Below the pieces are notes generated by a model. It was not told the origin of the DNA. It did not search any database and saw only the letters and a program-made list of their open reading frames with translations. Both the position numbers and the translations under genes were made by a program. A DNA stretch of 63,927 nucleotides, filler included, from Sluysia triapertura (lineage: Eukaryota), in the NCBI GenBank assembly GCA_046118255.1. It is 5 parts of 5 records of this genome, joined end to end, with 100 filler letters (N's around TTAATTAATTAA, not from the genome) between each part and the next. Parts side by side here need not be neighbours in the genome. Positions count along the whole stretch, not along the records: positions 1 to 12,276 come from JBJNIA010123636.1; positions 12,377 to 25,006 come from JBJNIA010093673.1; 3 more parts are not named here. The stretch is one strand, 5' to 3'. Shown in pieces: positions 1 to 12,659 of this stretch; the first letter of the stretch is position 1, and every line of letters starts with the position of its first letter.

Positions 1-163
1 TAAATTGATCTGTTGGTGAATATAAGTTGGTGAGGTGTTATGATTGTAAAATATTATTTTATGAGGTTTGTGATGTTTTGATTCTGAATTAAGGAGTATG
101 ACTGTTAAGAAAGTTGTGTTTTAACAAGATTTGGTTTGGAGTTGTTAATTTTAGTTTTAAGTT
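1..163 (-). repeat. Internal fragment of the A/C-rich arm of the TGT-ended cassette family, running off the window edge
   Basis: The reverse complement is A/C-rich and shares CCAAATCTT and TCAGAATCAAAAC with the arm at 25361-26000. Confidence 0.5.
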
Positions 164-164
164 A

Positions 165-800
165 TTAATGTCGACCACTACAAAATATTCTAAAACTTCG
201 TAGACTTGATGGATTAAAACCTAGACTTGTATTGACATTGTTTTCAACAAAATGAACAACATCGTTATCTAAATCTTTATTGACGATGCATCGATTATAC
301 ATATTATTAATTTTATCTAAAATTAAAAAGTTAAAAATCAAATCACTTCCTTCAGCATATGCTCCTTTGTCCTTTGTGGCCATATCATGTCGTAACATGC
401 GATTCTATATTTGAAAAACACAGTACTGGATATTCTTCTTTGATCATTATCAATTGAAAAGGCAATGAATAATTAATAAAAGAATTCTCATTACGTAAAT
501 TTTCGTCTACTGACGACTTTATAACTTTAATTTCCTTGTGTTTGGAAAACTCTTTAATAATCATTTTCAAATTTGTTACATAGATTAAAATATTCATGTG
601 ATTAACAAATAACATGTGACAAAGTATTGGACGTTAGTTTTTATCAATTACAGTATGTTATCAACATGTTGAACTAATGTGTAAATATATAATGATCTTA
701 TACCTTTGATGATAAAAATTTTCTAATACTATATATGGCTGTCCAATCGAAATAGTCAACATAATGTTCAGAACACGATAGAAATAAATGTAATTAATAG
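165..800 (-). pseudogene. Decayed N-terminal part of the novel-domain/DEAD-box/CCCH gene family (copy 1)
   Basis: Broken ORFs give ISIGQP, NLKMIIKEFSKHKEIKV and LPFQLIMIKEEYPVLCFSNIE. These align in order with VIGHP, KIKKLVEQF*SILRNVQV and VPFVYVDRSPVLDFDKKE at 15250-15570, and with IVCVHP, NTKEIVNQFKDSNVQI and KESFPSL at 5780-6065. Confidence 0.55.
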
Positions 801-808
801 TTGTCGCA

Positions 809-871
809 ACCATCATCGATAGCGACGTTACTCTATACATGTAAATCAAAAGTGTCGCCATCGATGATGGT
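809..871. repeat. 63-bp inverted repeat (mini-MITE or hairpin)
   Basis: ACCATCATCGATAGCGAC (809-826) pairs with GTCGCCATCGATGATGGT (854-871) at 17 of 18 positions, with a 27-nt spacer. Confidence 0.8.
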
Positions 872-897
872 AGATACCAAAATAAATTTTATGAAAT

Positions 898-1031
898 NNN
901 NNNNNNNNNNNNNNNNNNNNNNNNNNNNNNNNNNNNNNNNNNNNNNNNNNNNNNNNNNNNNNNNNNNNNNNNNNNNNNNNNNNNNNNNNNNNNNNNNNNN
1001 NNNNNNNNNNNNNNNNNNNNNNNNNNNNNNN
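898..1031. other. Assembly gap
   Basis: Run of N. Confidence 0.99.
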
Positions 1032-1291
1032 TTTTTCTTAATATAATTGAATTGTCTTAAGCTAGATAAATATTAAAGGATTGTGAATTTGATTATGAGT
1101 TAAAATGTCATAAATGAAATTTAAGTGTCCATTAATGATTTTGGATGTAATTAAGGTTTTGATGTGAATTTAAAATGCATTGAAATGAGGAAAAGTTTTA
1201 ATATGTCGGAGGTGAGATTTATGATGTAAGAAGATGTGATATTTTGTATAAGTTATTAATTTAAATTCCAAGTTAAAGGTTGGCCACCACA
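1032..1291 (-). mobile_element. Terminus and arm of a TGT-ended cassette, upstream of cargo copy 1
   Basis: Ends in GGTTGGCCACCACA (reverse complement TGTGGTGGCCAACC). The reverse-complement arm shares CTTAATTACAT(C/T)CAAAAT with about 25685-25702. Confidence 0.7.
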
Positions 1292-1548
1292 TGCTTATGT
1301 TAAATTTCACAGTGATTCAAAATTATATAACCACTTGCTGCAAGATTATGAAGTATTTAAGAAAGCAACAAAATTTTTTATTGTTATATTATATTGAATG
1401 ATTTATTTTAAGAACTTTCGAGTACTTATTTTGTAGGAGATATTAGCACGATATAAATTAATATATTATTGTAGATTTTGATTAAATTTATTTAAACAAA
1501 AATGCAATATTTTTTAATAAGTGGTATACAAATAATTATTTATTTCAG

Positions 1549-1733
1549 AAACTTTTCGATAGAACTTAAAATACGCGCTGCACGTACAGCAGTGACTAAA
1601 TCAACCAAACGTGATTGGAGATTTCAGAAATCAATAATTAGTGTAACGAGTAATGAATCAGATCCAGTGTTAAGACAAGTAATGATGCAACTTAGTATGA
1701 TGCATGAATTGATTCCTGCACATGATTATCGAA
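1549..1733 (+). CDS. Probable internal exon of an unidentified multi-exon gene or gene fragment
   Basis: TTTCAG acceptor at 1548, GTAAGT donor at 1734, and an open frame ELKIRAARTAVTKSTKRDWRFQKSII... I do not recognise the family. Confidence 0.45.
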
Positions 1734-3614
1734 GTAAGTGTGACAAAGTATATATTAATATTAAATTACCTTAATGATTATGACAGAGTGATTAAAGGCA
1801 TCAAAAATATACTTTAATATGTTACAATTTCAATGTATTTTATGATTAATTTATAAAATGAATTGTTCCGTTAAGGTTGTTTCCTCAATGAACTTTTGAC
1901 TTCGATACGGTTTAATCTTTATATTATTTTGAAGTTTTATAATTAGTGATTATACAATCACATAATTTGAGGTTGTGCGATATTTGTAATTATTTCAAAA
2001 AGTATTAATTTATTTAAACTATTCTCATGTTATTCTTTTAATTATTTCGTAGAATGTTTAGAAATAACATTAAGACCAGATTATGATACAGATTAACAAC
2101 AAAAATATAAGGTCCACTAAAACAGTAAAATAATGAATCGATAAATATTCACGCATACTTAACTGATCCTTAATACCATATTTTTTATTTCAGATTAAAA
2201 ATAATAACCAAAGCCATTATATCTAACTAATATTTTAACTCTATCATGTTTTCGTGGACATGATGTTTTTATCCGGCCTAGATAAAAATTAATTAAAATT
2301 TTGTAATGAGAACTACATCATTAATCTAAAGGAAATCAAATCACTTAAAACGCTCTCTGCCAATCAATTATTTAGAAATTTTCTGTAGAACGGACAATGC
2401 TTGAAAATGTCTTCCATGCTTTAGTAATTGATAATTAATAACTATCTTTTTCACAATTAATGTTGCATAATTAACATGTGCACAAAGGGATATTTTTTCC
2501 GCCAATAAATGCAGAATGAACTTGTTAATAATTTTAGAAAGAAAGTTCAAGTGACTTTTTAAAGTCGAATGTAAAATTGATTAGATAATTGTTACTTAGT
2601 TTCAATTCAAATTTTTTTCTAAATTCTCAGTAGCATACACTAGGTGTAATTGATATCGGGCTGACTGTAACAGTAAGAGTATTTATCAAATTACTATAAA
2701 ATTTACACAAGGTACCGCCAAAGCAAAGTACGATCATTCATTATAATGTTTTCAAGTATAACTGCATAATATCACTTAAAGGGAATTTTTGGTGAAATTT
2801 TTATAAAATTACTTTATTGATTATATGAATCATTATCAAGTAATTTTGTATTTCTAGTAGTCACGCATTTATATTACTTGATCCACTCATTTCTCATTAT
2901 TTGACAGTATTGATAGTGTATAGTGTATAGTTACAATAAAATTAAGTGCTGTTTATTTAGTAAAATTCATTTTTATTCAACATTGTCCATCTTTATATGC
3001 GTCAATTAAAAATGATTACTTACAAAATACTGTCAAAAACTATTCGATTTAGTATATAGCAAACCTTTTGATAATACAAGTATTTTACTGGATGATATAA
3101 GTTCAAATAAAACTACGAAAAAAGTGGTACTTTATTAGGGGATTTGTATAATCATTTTGATAAATTCAGTTATTGTGGTAACTGAAAAAAATAGAAAATT
3201 TAGGAAAAAATTTAGAAAAAAAGTTTTCATTTTCATGCTTTGTGTTAATAAGTTGTGGTGGCCAACTCATAATGATTTTAACAAAATCTCCATATTCTTA
3301 AATCATTTAGGAGTCCCTTATAAATTCAGAATCTTAGAAAACTTTACAATCAATTAATTCCCAACGTTATACATTAAAACATCTCAACTTTAAACTATTC
3401 AAAAACAACGCTTTATTGAGCAATGTCTTCCTACAGATCATATACAGATTCAAACACTTCATTTTTTCGAACATTAAAGCTATATTATAAGATCAATGCA
3501 CGCCTTATATCATTTTAAGAATTCACCAAATGGGTCAAAGAATGATACCTAAAATCTATATATATTAAATATAATACTCAATAATGAAATTAATCTATCT
3601 TTTATGTCTTTAGA

Positions 3615-4470
3615 AATTATTAACTATGATAAATCAATATCAGTGTAATTAGCTTAAGAAGAATCTCAATGATTTAAGTAGTCACTATATCAAGTATAAA
3701 TATTCAATAATTATCTTACATTGATAATAATAATTATTCACCCCAAAATTAACATTTGAAAATTAAATCAATAACGACAATAATTTACTGGTTAAACAAA
3801 AATCAAATGTAAATTATTATTGTTATAAATCTCCACTAAACAATACTAAAAATGACTAAAATAATAAGATTAACAATAACGTTTATAATAGTATCAAGGA
3901 TATGACAGTCTATATGGAGAAACCATGAATGACGCAACAAACACTAAAAATATCTATATCCAGAAGGTTTAAAATAGTAATGATGCTTAAATATTTTTAA
4001 AATAAATTGAGCAGTGTCTTCCACAAAATTATCTTACAATTAGCTAAAAATCAAATTATTAACTTAAAATATTTTAAAAATAAATTGAGTAGGGATCCTC
4101 CCAAAAAACGGAATTTATGAATATCTAAAAAGTTAAAATTAAAATTACTTAAAATTAAAAATAATAATTAAATATATAACTGAAAATATTACAAATAATA
4201 TCCCCCAAAAATTAAATCTAATTATCAATAACTTAAAATTATTATAGTTTTTATATTATAGCAAAATTACTATTACAAAGCTAACTAAATATTTCCTAAT
4301 AAACTTAGCTATTTATTTTATTTTATATTACCATATACATGGGTCTTCCCCTGATCGATGCTTGTACAATTGTGTGATTGCGTAATTGATTTGTGAAATT
4401 TTAAAAAATTTTTATTTTATACTTTCTCATCATCCAATCAATCTCAAGTCTCACAATCAAACACACTCGT
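3615..4470 (+). repeat. Dispersed repeat homologous to 18085-18660 (second arm type of the cassette)
   Basis: Long alignable blocks are present in both copies, e.g. TAATTAGCTTAA, TAGTCA.TATATCAAGTATAA, TACTAAAAATGA.TAAAAT, GTTTATAATAGT.TCAAGGATAT and TTTCTCATCATCCAAT. Confidence 0.85.
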
Positions 4471-5278
4471 AAAAATTATGCTAAAATCTCACCGACTGAA
4501 TATTTAAAGTTTACCTTTTAATATCTAAATTATTATAAGCATTAAATATTCCTTTAAAATAATGAATCCTTTGCAAACGATTAATGATTTTTAATTTTAA
4601 ATAATCTCACAAATTTACGCACAGATTATAGATTTGTAATTTGAACGACATTATGAGGTTTATCTTATTTTGTGTTCCTCTTTATGAAATTACATTGTAA
4701 TTGTTTAATTTTTAACAGTGGTGCATTTTCATTGAATGTGTTGAAAATATTGATCTTCGTAGTTTTAAAAACATTATCACAATTATTTCAACCACATTTT
4801 AAATAGTGTTATGAATCTGTATAAAAGTTCAAAAAATCCCAAGTCCCTTATAAACTCTTACTTAAAATATTACTAATGTCAGGTCTAGGCCACTTGAAAT
4901 AATTGTATAATAAAAATAATAATAATTATTATAATTATTATTGTTATAATTATGGTAATATATTAATTGATTAAATAATTGTAATTGTAAATAAATAAAT
5001 AAAATAAAATAAAATTTAAATGTAAAATCGTTATTTTAATTGGTGGCAGGTATATATGTAATAATAACAAACTCTGTACTCAATAGTTAGTAGACAATGT
5101 GAGTGGATTATAAACAAAATAATTAATTATTAAAAGTTTAAATATTGAATTTACTTCACATGATATTAACAATTTACTAAAGATATTATAAATAGAACTG
5201 TTAATACATTTAATAGATAGTAATAGACAAAATTTTTATTGCAGAATTTGTTTTCCTTACACTCATATGAATATGCCA

Positions 5279-6442
5279 TTAGATCGTGATCATTGATAAT
5301 TCTGAAGAAATTAAAATAGTAAAATCATCACGACAAAAGAAAACAAAATAAGGAACTTTTTTACCTTTAATAAACGGAAAATACTGTCCATTTGATGATC
5401 TTGGTGAGATGGTGAATGTTTGTTGATTGGATATTCTGTGTGGTGAATTCATAACATTGAAAATTAACCTCCTTATTCTTTCATGGTGGTTATCCAAATT
5501 GGATATATTGAGATTAGGTGATGCAGATCTAACACGCTGTGTGAGTAGTTATAGTTTTTGCCGAATTTGATGCAGTAACCTCTTTCTGTAGTCCTATAAA
5601 TACATAATCCTTTCTTGTAATATGTTGAATGCAATTTAAATTTGTTGGTGCAGTTTTGATTACAATGATGTCGTAAAATTTCATTAAGTGCTCATTGGTC
5701 GTAATTTTAGGAGTTTTCATGAGCAAATATTTCACATAGTGTGGATCATCGCGATATATATACTTTTTATCATGCCAAGTGAGGGAAACGATTCCTTTTC
5801 ATTAAGAGTAATATTAGTGCACACATAATCAATAGATTCATCTTTAATAGTTTTTTGCATGAAAGTAGATATTTGAACGTTGGAATCTTTGAACTGATTA
5901 ACAATTTCTTTGGTGTTTCCTACTGTGATGAAAGAATTCATTAAAATTAATGGTACATCACAATCGTGAACTAAATTTAATGTTTATATTTGCTTTACAA
6001 TTAAATCTAAAAACGCCATATCATTTCGTACCGGAATGGCTTGTTTAGGATGAACGCAAACTATACTAGTACCAAGACAACCATTTAATTACAATACTAC
6101 TAATTTATCTAATAAAATACAAATAAAATCATGATTAGTTTGTGAAGCCAAATTCGTTGCATCTCTAATTTTATCAGCAAGTAAAATAATATCATGCCAA
6201 ACAATTAATTTAGATTTCACCTTTTGAAATTTATTAAATAATTCTAAAAGTGCTGGAGAATTACTCGTTAATTCCGAAACTCTATTTGATTCTACATATT
6301 TATCGCATTCTAATATTAAAACATCAACGAGATCAATTTGTACTACATCACTTACTACAGAAGTATCATCACGGATTTTTGTTTTTTTCATTTTGAAATG
6401 AAATATTAAATCAACAATTCTCTCTTTTTTCTGTCTAAACAT
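5279..6442 (-). pseudogene. Decayed novel-domain/DEAD-box/CCCH family gene (copy 2) with most of the helicase deleted
   Basis: Consecutive broken ORFs with no introns. PTNLNCIQHITRKDYVFIGLQKEVTASNSAKTITTH aligns with PTKLQQHVTPLLLKHKDVIIIIGLSETGSGKTTSH of the 26.7-kb helicase. NHHERIRRLI aligns with YHDRINAIL and HLDRINGLL in the other copies. Confidence 0.6.
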
Positions 6443-6539
6443 TAACTTTTATATAAGATTAATTTTATTCTTTATTGTATATCTGATTAGTTAATTTTTA
6501 TGTTTTTTAAATTATTGTGACTACTAGTTAGTCTGTGTA

Positions 6540-6662
6540 GAAAATAACGCTGATTGGATGGCCAATGATGCTGCTAACAGTAAATCAAATTCTTGGTTAT
6601 GAGACTGACAGTTAATACGGTGCTATAAACTTTAATTAATTTAAAACTGTCACTACTGGCAG
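6540..6662 (-). promoter_or_regulatory. TGACAG/CTGTCA inverted box plus CCAAT, upstream of cargo copy 2
   Basis: The reverse complement reads CTGCCAGTAGTGACAGTT...TATTAACTGTCA, then CATTGGCCATCCAATC. The same layout occurs at 26090-26155 and 12798-12864. Confidence 0.6.
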
Positions 6663-6811
6663 NNNNNNNNNNNNNNNNNNNNNNNNNNNNNNNNNNNNNN
6701 NNNNNNNNNNNNNNNNNNNNNNNNNNNNNNNNNNNNNNNNNNNNNNNNNNNNNNNNNNNNNNNNNNNNNNNNNNNNNNNNNNNNNNNNNNNNNNNNNNNN
6801 NNNNNNNNNNN
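6663..6811. other. Assembly gap
   Basis: Run of N. Confidence 0.99.
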
Positions 6812-8711
6812 ATAACAGAAATAAATAATAAATGATAATAATAATAAAGTTATAAAAATACAAAAAAGATCTTGTTCTTTAAATAAAACTCTTCAAAAAT
6901 TGTAAAAATGAGAGCAATGATAGGTAATACGAAGCATAATTTAACATTTTTTTCACAAAAAGGAAAATGCAAAAGAATTGATAAAAGAATGTGTAAAGAA
7001 GATAATAACGTGATTAAAAATGATGAAGAACTTCCATTTTGAATATAATATTAAAAATGGTTTTAAAATGTGAATTTAATGCTTTTCGCTGATATTAATG
7101 ATTGAGTGTTGATGGATTATGAACTTGAAATGTTTTGGATTAAGTAAAATTTGTACGTTTGATGATTTTCGATGTTAAATAAGATTTTAATGTTATAAAC
7201 TTTTGAATTTAAAATGTTTTAAGGTATCGAAAATTTTAAAGAATTATAAAGAAGTGGATCATGAGATATTATGAAGTATAGTTTGTTTTATATATATTGT
7301 TTAATTAAAGTTTTAAGATATTAGGTTGGCCATCACAGACAATATTTTAGATATATATGTAATAATAACTATGAATTTGAATAGAGGAAAATATGATTTA
7401 ATAATATATGAATGGTAATGGTAACATGTATAATAGCAGAGTACGTATATGTTAATATTTATAGTGAGTAATGTAGAAGTTAAATTAGCTAAACTATAAA
7501 AGAAAAAAATAATAGAATAGAATAGAATAGAATTTTGGCAGAATAAAATATTAGCAAAAAATCTATACAGAAGATTAATTGTCAGGTATTATTGATTGCA
7601 ATTAGTAGAATATTAGTTGGACAAACGTTACTTGAAAATATTATACTGTGAATTAAAATTATTAGAAAGCATTTATAAAAACTGACTTTTCTAAACTACT
7701 TTAAAATTATTAAAAAAATAATTGATTTATAGCAGATAATTACGTTTGGAATCTTTTCGTTGTGCATATCACTATTGCTACGTTTTACTTTTTGGTAGCA
7801 TAAACAGTTTTTTTTATTTTTCGACCAAAATCAACAACTCAAAAACAATTTAGGCATTTTTGTCTCGCACATCAGAAACACATGAACCTTGACTTTCAGA
7901 ATAAATTTTAATATTAAATTAAGACTATAAAGTATAATGTTAAAGTTATTTTTGATTAATATAAACAGCCAGAGACAAACATTTTAGTAAAAATTTAAAC
8001 ATAGATAAAATTAAGCCAACGAAAAATAACTACCATAATAATAATAATAAATTAATTAAATAATGTCTTATCCTTATTTAAAATTATTAACAATAACTCA
8101 ATAAATCTCGATATATTTTCAATAATCACAAAACAGATACAAATTATTAATTATTCTTCAATCACAATATACTCTCAGTAACCTTAATTATAAATGAACA
8201 TCTTTACGCAATTAAATAACAAAATAATACACAACACGTAAAATGTTAATAATAATGCCTGTATTTAACAAAATAAATATAATAAAGATATAGGTCAATA
8301 AAAATATCGCTTTAGAACTTAATCAATTACTAAATATGAGGTTTCAATAACAATGTTTGCAACAAAAGTGTTGAAGCAGCTTTCGTACGAGAATTGAAAT
8401 GATCATTTTACTCGTTTCTCTGTTACTTATTTCTTCTAAATATTTAGCAGAAATGTGATTTGTTTTTAAAGACTTAACTTACAACCACAAAAGAATAATT
8501 TTCAAATAAGTGAGTTCACCTATGTTCTCAGTCTTACATAATTAAGGGTTCATCTGCAAGATTTCGAAATCAAAAGTAATATGGATAAGGTTTGGAAGTT
8601 ATGGATAAGTTTAAAATTATATGTAACACAAATAATTATTGCTATAATTATTCAAGAATTATAATATTTAACATAATAATCAAGGAAAGTTTACAATTAG
8701 TTTTTTGATTT

Positions 8712-9425
8712 TGTAAAGATGTACATAATTTTATGTTTTTTATTTTTTATTTTTATGATTTTTTAAATTGCAAAAATATTATAAAATTTATTAAAATTTA
8801 TATATTCTAAAAAATTATCAATTTAATTATAGTAAAATTAAAATTATTATTATTATAAAAGACCTGAAAAGAAACTTCTAGAAACAAGTTTATTTTAATG
8901 TATTAAATTTTAAAATATGTCATTATGAGTATATAAAGACAGTGATGAACAAATAAGACACCATATTTTAAATTAGAAGTCATTGGTAAAATTTTGGAAG
9001 CGATTTTTTAATAGAAATCGTTGTCGCCATATTTAAAGAAGTTAATTCGTCATTTGAGTAAACAACACAATCGCACTGGTGCAAATTGATTATATTGGTA
9101 GTGGATCACTCTTCGCTAAAAACTCCGTCAAATTTCAATCAAGATTAAATCGTATCCCGCGTCTATGATTAGAGGGAACGATTTTCAACAGCACAATTAA
9201 TTTTCAAGAAGAAGAAATATTTATCCAGTTTCCATATTTATTAATTTATCGTAAGTTTAATTTACATAGGTTTTTTAACTTTCCTAAGAGTAATAAATTA
9301 TACTTAAAATATCCTTTTTCACGGTTGGTCATTAAGGCCAATCATAAAATATATTTTAAAATATAAAATCTCGAATCTTTAGTTGGTCCTTAAGACCAAT
9401 TATAAAATAAATATTGTAAGGTAGA
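8712..9425 (+). repeat. About 700-bp dispersed repeat beginning TGTAAAG (solo-LTR-like or MITE); copies at 22504-23178 and 24827-25006
   Basis: Aligns end to end with 22504-23178, e.g. CAACACAATCGCACTGGTGCAAATTGATTATA, and both copies end TATTGTA(A/G)GGTAGA. Confidence 0.9.
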
Positions 9426-9429
9426 TTAA

Positions 9430-9859
9430 AATAATTAAAATAATAATTAATAATGATAATAATTAGTAATAATAATGATAATAAAACAAATAAATAAATA
9501 AACAAACAATAATAATAAAAATAAAATAACAATAATCATAATAATAAAAGTAAAATTGCATAAATTTCTTCTTTTCTAAGATATGTTCTTTTCTTTAAAT
9601 ATTTCTTCATTCTTTTAGTTCGATGAGGTGAGACAAATAAAATAAAAGATAAAAATAGATTTATGAAGGAGTATCATAAGAGAGTATTAACATAGTTAAA
9701 GGTGTTAAAAGAAATTCTATTTAGTTTACTGTTTTATACTAGATTTAAAATGCAAATTTAATGATTTTTGATGTTATGAATGGTTTTTATATTGTAGACT
9801 TATAAACTTTAGTATATTATGATGTATTAAATTTTTGAATGATAAAATTGGCCATCACA
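9430..9859 (-). mobile_element. Terminus and shortened arm of a TGT-ended cassette, cut off by the 8712-9425 repeat
   Basis: Ends in ATTGGCCATCACA. The reverse-complement arm contains TAACATCAAAAATCAT and runs into a (TAT)n-like tract as in the other arms. Confidence 0.6.
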
Positions 9860-10042
9860 AGGCAATCCCAACAAATATTAAATTTATTAATTTCTGTAAT
9901 ACATTTTTTATTAATTTAATTTTTGATCCAGTGTTGACAGATAATTTCATCTGCAAGTCCTACTTCAAGAACATATATCTCATACAATTTTTAACAAAAT
10001 ATTTCATATTCTCTAACTCTCAATAACCTTAACATTAGTAAG

Positions 10043-10562
10043 TGTCAGGTTCTAAATTTTAGCATCATATTTAATTTGTACATTTTAACATTGTATTTAA
10101 TTGTATATTTATTTTATATGTGTATTTTTAATTTTATTAAATAATAATTATTATTATATTAAATAAATTAGAAATAAAAATGTTTAAAATATAAATGGAA
10201 TTGAAAATTAAAGAAAAATTAAATAAAGAAAAAAAATTATTATTAATAAAATAAAAATAATTAATAATGAAAAGATTATTAAGTTAAAATTTTAAAAATA
10301 ATAAATGAAAAGATTGCTAATTTGGAATTTTAAAAAATAATAATAATATTTGTTTAAACGAATTAATAAAAAAATAAGAAGACATATTTGAAGCAATCAA
10401 ATATAAATAGGTAAGCTTTTTCAATAATTTACACAGAAAATTTTTATAGTTTAAGAAAATTTTAGCATCCTAACAAGAAAATTTTTAGAATCTTAACAAG
10501 AAAATTTAAGAACAAGTTTTAGTAACAGGTTTTAGAAACAAAATTTTGACAACTTGGTATCA
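10043..10562 (+). mobile_element. LTR (TGTCA...TGACA, 509 bp) followed by a PBS-like TGGTATCA
   Basis: TGTCAGG at 10043, TGACA ending at 10551, then ACT-TGGTATCA (10555-10562). No coding region is recognisable downstream. Confidence 0.6.
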
Positions 10563-10664
10563 ATATCGAACATTGATTTATTTTTCAATTCCATTATGAA
10601 GTAATTATTATTCTTATAAGTTTATATGGTTTTACTATAATACTCAAAATCAGTTTTAATTTTG

Positions 10665-10975
10665 AAGCAACACCATAAAAGGGATGCGAAATATACATCT
10701 AAAATCTTAAACTACCAAGTAATATTTGAGTAGTTCATTAAAATTTTATTATTAATATAAATCATCTTTGTAAGTTTTAAGACTTTACGTTATAATAAAT
10801 TCTAAGAAAGCTTTTACGTTTTTGTTATTAATTTAAAATCTTTTTCTAAAAGCAACACCATATAAAGGGTTGTGTAATTTCTAAATTTATAAAAAATAGT
10901 TTTCATAAGCAACACCATAAAAAGGGTTGCAGAATTATTAATTGTTTTTAAAAGCAACACCATAAAAAGGGTTGC
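10665..10975 (+). repeat. Four spaced copies of a 24-25 nt hairpin motif AAGCAACACCATAAAA(A)GGGTTGC in the post-PBS leader
   Basis: Copies start at 10665, 10850, 10907 and 10952. GCAAC pairs with GTTGC. Confidence 0.85.
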
Positions 10976-12276
10976 GTAAGATATAAATAAAGTTCAAGTT
11001 AATTTAATTAATTAACTTTCTATAAGTGTTAGGTAAACATTAAGTAATTGGAATTAATTAGTACGGTAAAGTAGTTAGTTTAAGAAATTTTAGTAATTCC
11101 TAATAATACGTCTCCAATTTTGGTATAAAGCGTATATATTAGGCGGACTGACTCTTCAGATAATTTGCTTAAGTATAAGAAAATATTAGCAACTTCACCA
11201 AATAAAAAACCAATTGAATACCAAACAAATTAAATATCACCGAATAATCGAATGAACTAAGTATCACCAAATGGTTCGATTTGTCAACTCATCAACGAAA
11301 AAACGATCAAGTCACGAATTTCTATAGATTCCACTTCACGTAGTCTTTTTATTGCGAAGTCTCAAATTCTTGCAGTGGTTTATTTATACTAACCTTAAGT
11401 AATAATTATTCATCACAAGATAATCATTATTTATTGTTAGCTACAAAGAAAATTTAGAAGTCATGCATTCAAATGTCAAGTGAGGTAAATATTCATATTC
11501 ACTAATTTATTTTTAGTAATTTCAAGTTAAATAAGGTGAGTTTTTTCTATTATTATTATATTATTTTTATTATTGTTATATTATTATTTTTATTAATTTC
11601 CTTATGATTATTATTTTCAGATACAATACAGATAAAGCCTGACATTTGTAAAAGTTTAAATTCGTTTAAAACTATGTAATTTACTTTGTACATAAGATAA
11701 ACAGAGCAATATGATATGCACAAATTGTTTCCAAGATTTGCGTCAAAAAATTTAATACACAAGTAGTAATAATAAAAGTTGCAGTTTATAGTTATAATAA
11801 AGTTATAGTTTATAAATTCTCAATATTATTATTGTTCAATCTTTATTTAAAATTATTAACCATAACTTGATAACTAAATGAATTCAAAATTTTTAATGTA
11901 TTTTCAGTAATAGTGAAATGGTTACTAATGTTGGAATGGGAATGAATGGGGATTTTTAAAAAAACATTTAAATGATGTTAAAAAATTAATTGATATTTGA
12001 TATTATTTTATTATGTGAATATCAATTTTATTATTATAAAACAGTATATTATATTGTATATGTTCAGGTTTTACTTAATTTAACAACCTAACAATTATTA
12101 TTTTTTATAATCTTATTGGGTTCGCCAATAATTTAAGATTTATTTCCTACGGAAGACTTAATTATTGGTTTTACTTATTGGATAATTGAATATCTCTACG
12201 TAAAGATTGTCCTTATACTTTTATAGAGAGGGTCCTTTATAAATTGTGAAGTCTTTTTGATATAAATCTCTTGACA

Positions 12277-12376
12277 NNNNNNNNNNNNNNNNNNNNNNNN
12301 NNNNNNNNNNNNNNNNNNNNTTAATTAATTAANNNNNNNNNNNNNNNNNNNNNNNNNNNNNNNNNNNNNNNNNNNN
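12277..12376. other. Artificial contig linker (44 N + TTAATTAATTAA + 44 N)
   Basis: The same 100-nt construct occurs four times, and the 12-mer places stops in all six frames. Confidence 0.97.
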
Positions 12377-12659
12377 AATTCATTACATTTCAATTCATTG
12401 TTATCACTGTTTGATGTGATATTTGTTTAGACATTTTTTAACATTAGGAGTTACGAAAGTCGTCTTTTAATTATTAACAGCTTTATTTTAGAATAATAAG
12501 CACAATTTGACTTAAATTTTTCGATGATAACAAAACTAATTAAATATTATATTGAATTAAATTAGTATATTGACTTTGCAAATTCTTTAATATACATAGA
12601 TTTTTTACTACTGACTGAAAATTTTTGAAATTATTTTTAGAAATCACCTTGTCCAATTA

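Larger units (their letters stand above)
3254..7337 (-). mobile_element. Candidate complete 4.1-kb non-autonomous element with TGT...ACA inverted termini, carrying cargo copy 2
   Basis: Left end TGTGGTGGCCAAC (3254-3266) and right end GTTGGCCATCACA (7325-7337) match 12/13 as inverted repeats. Both subterminal regions read A/C-rich inward. No target-site duplication is visible (AAGT vs GACA), and the interval contains an N gap. Confidence 0.55.

Noticed and set aside
10665-10975. CRISPR-like repeat-spacer pattern
   Set aside because: The context is eukaryotic, spacer lengths are very irregular, there are no cas genes, and it lies in an LTR leader.
12321-12332. TTAATTAATTAA palindrome recurring four times inside N runs
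   Set aside because: It is an identical 44N-12-44N construct, so it is an assembly linker rather than biology. Adjacency across these linkers is unverified.
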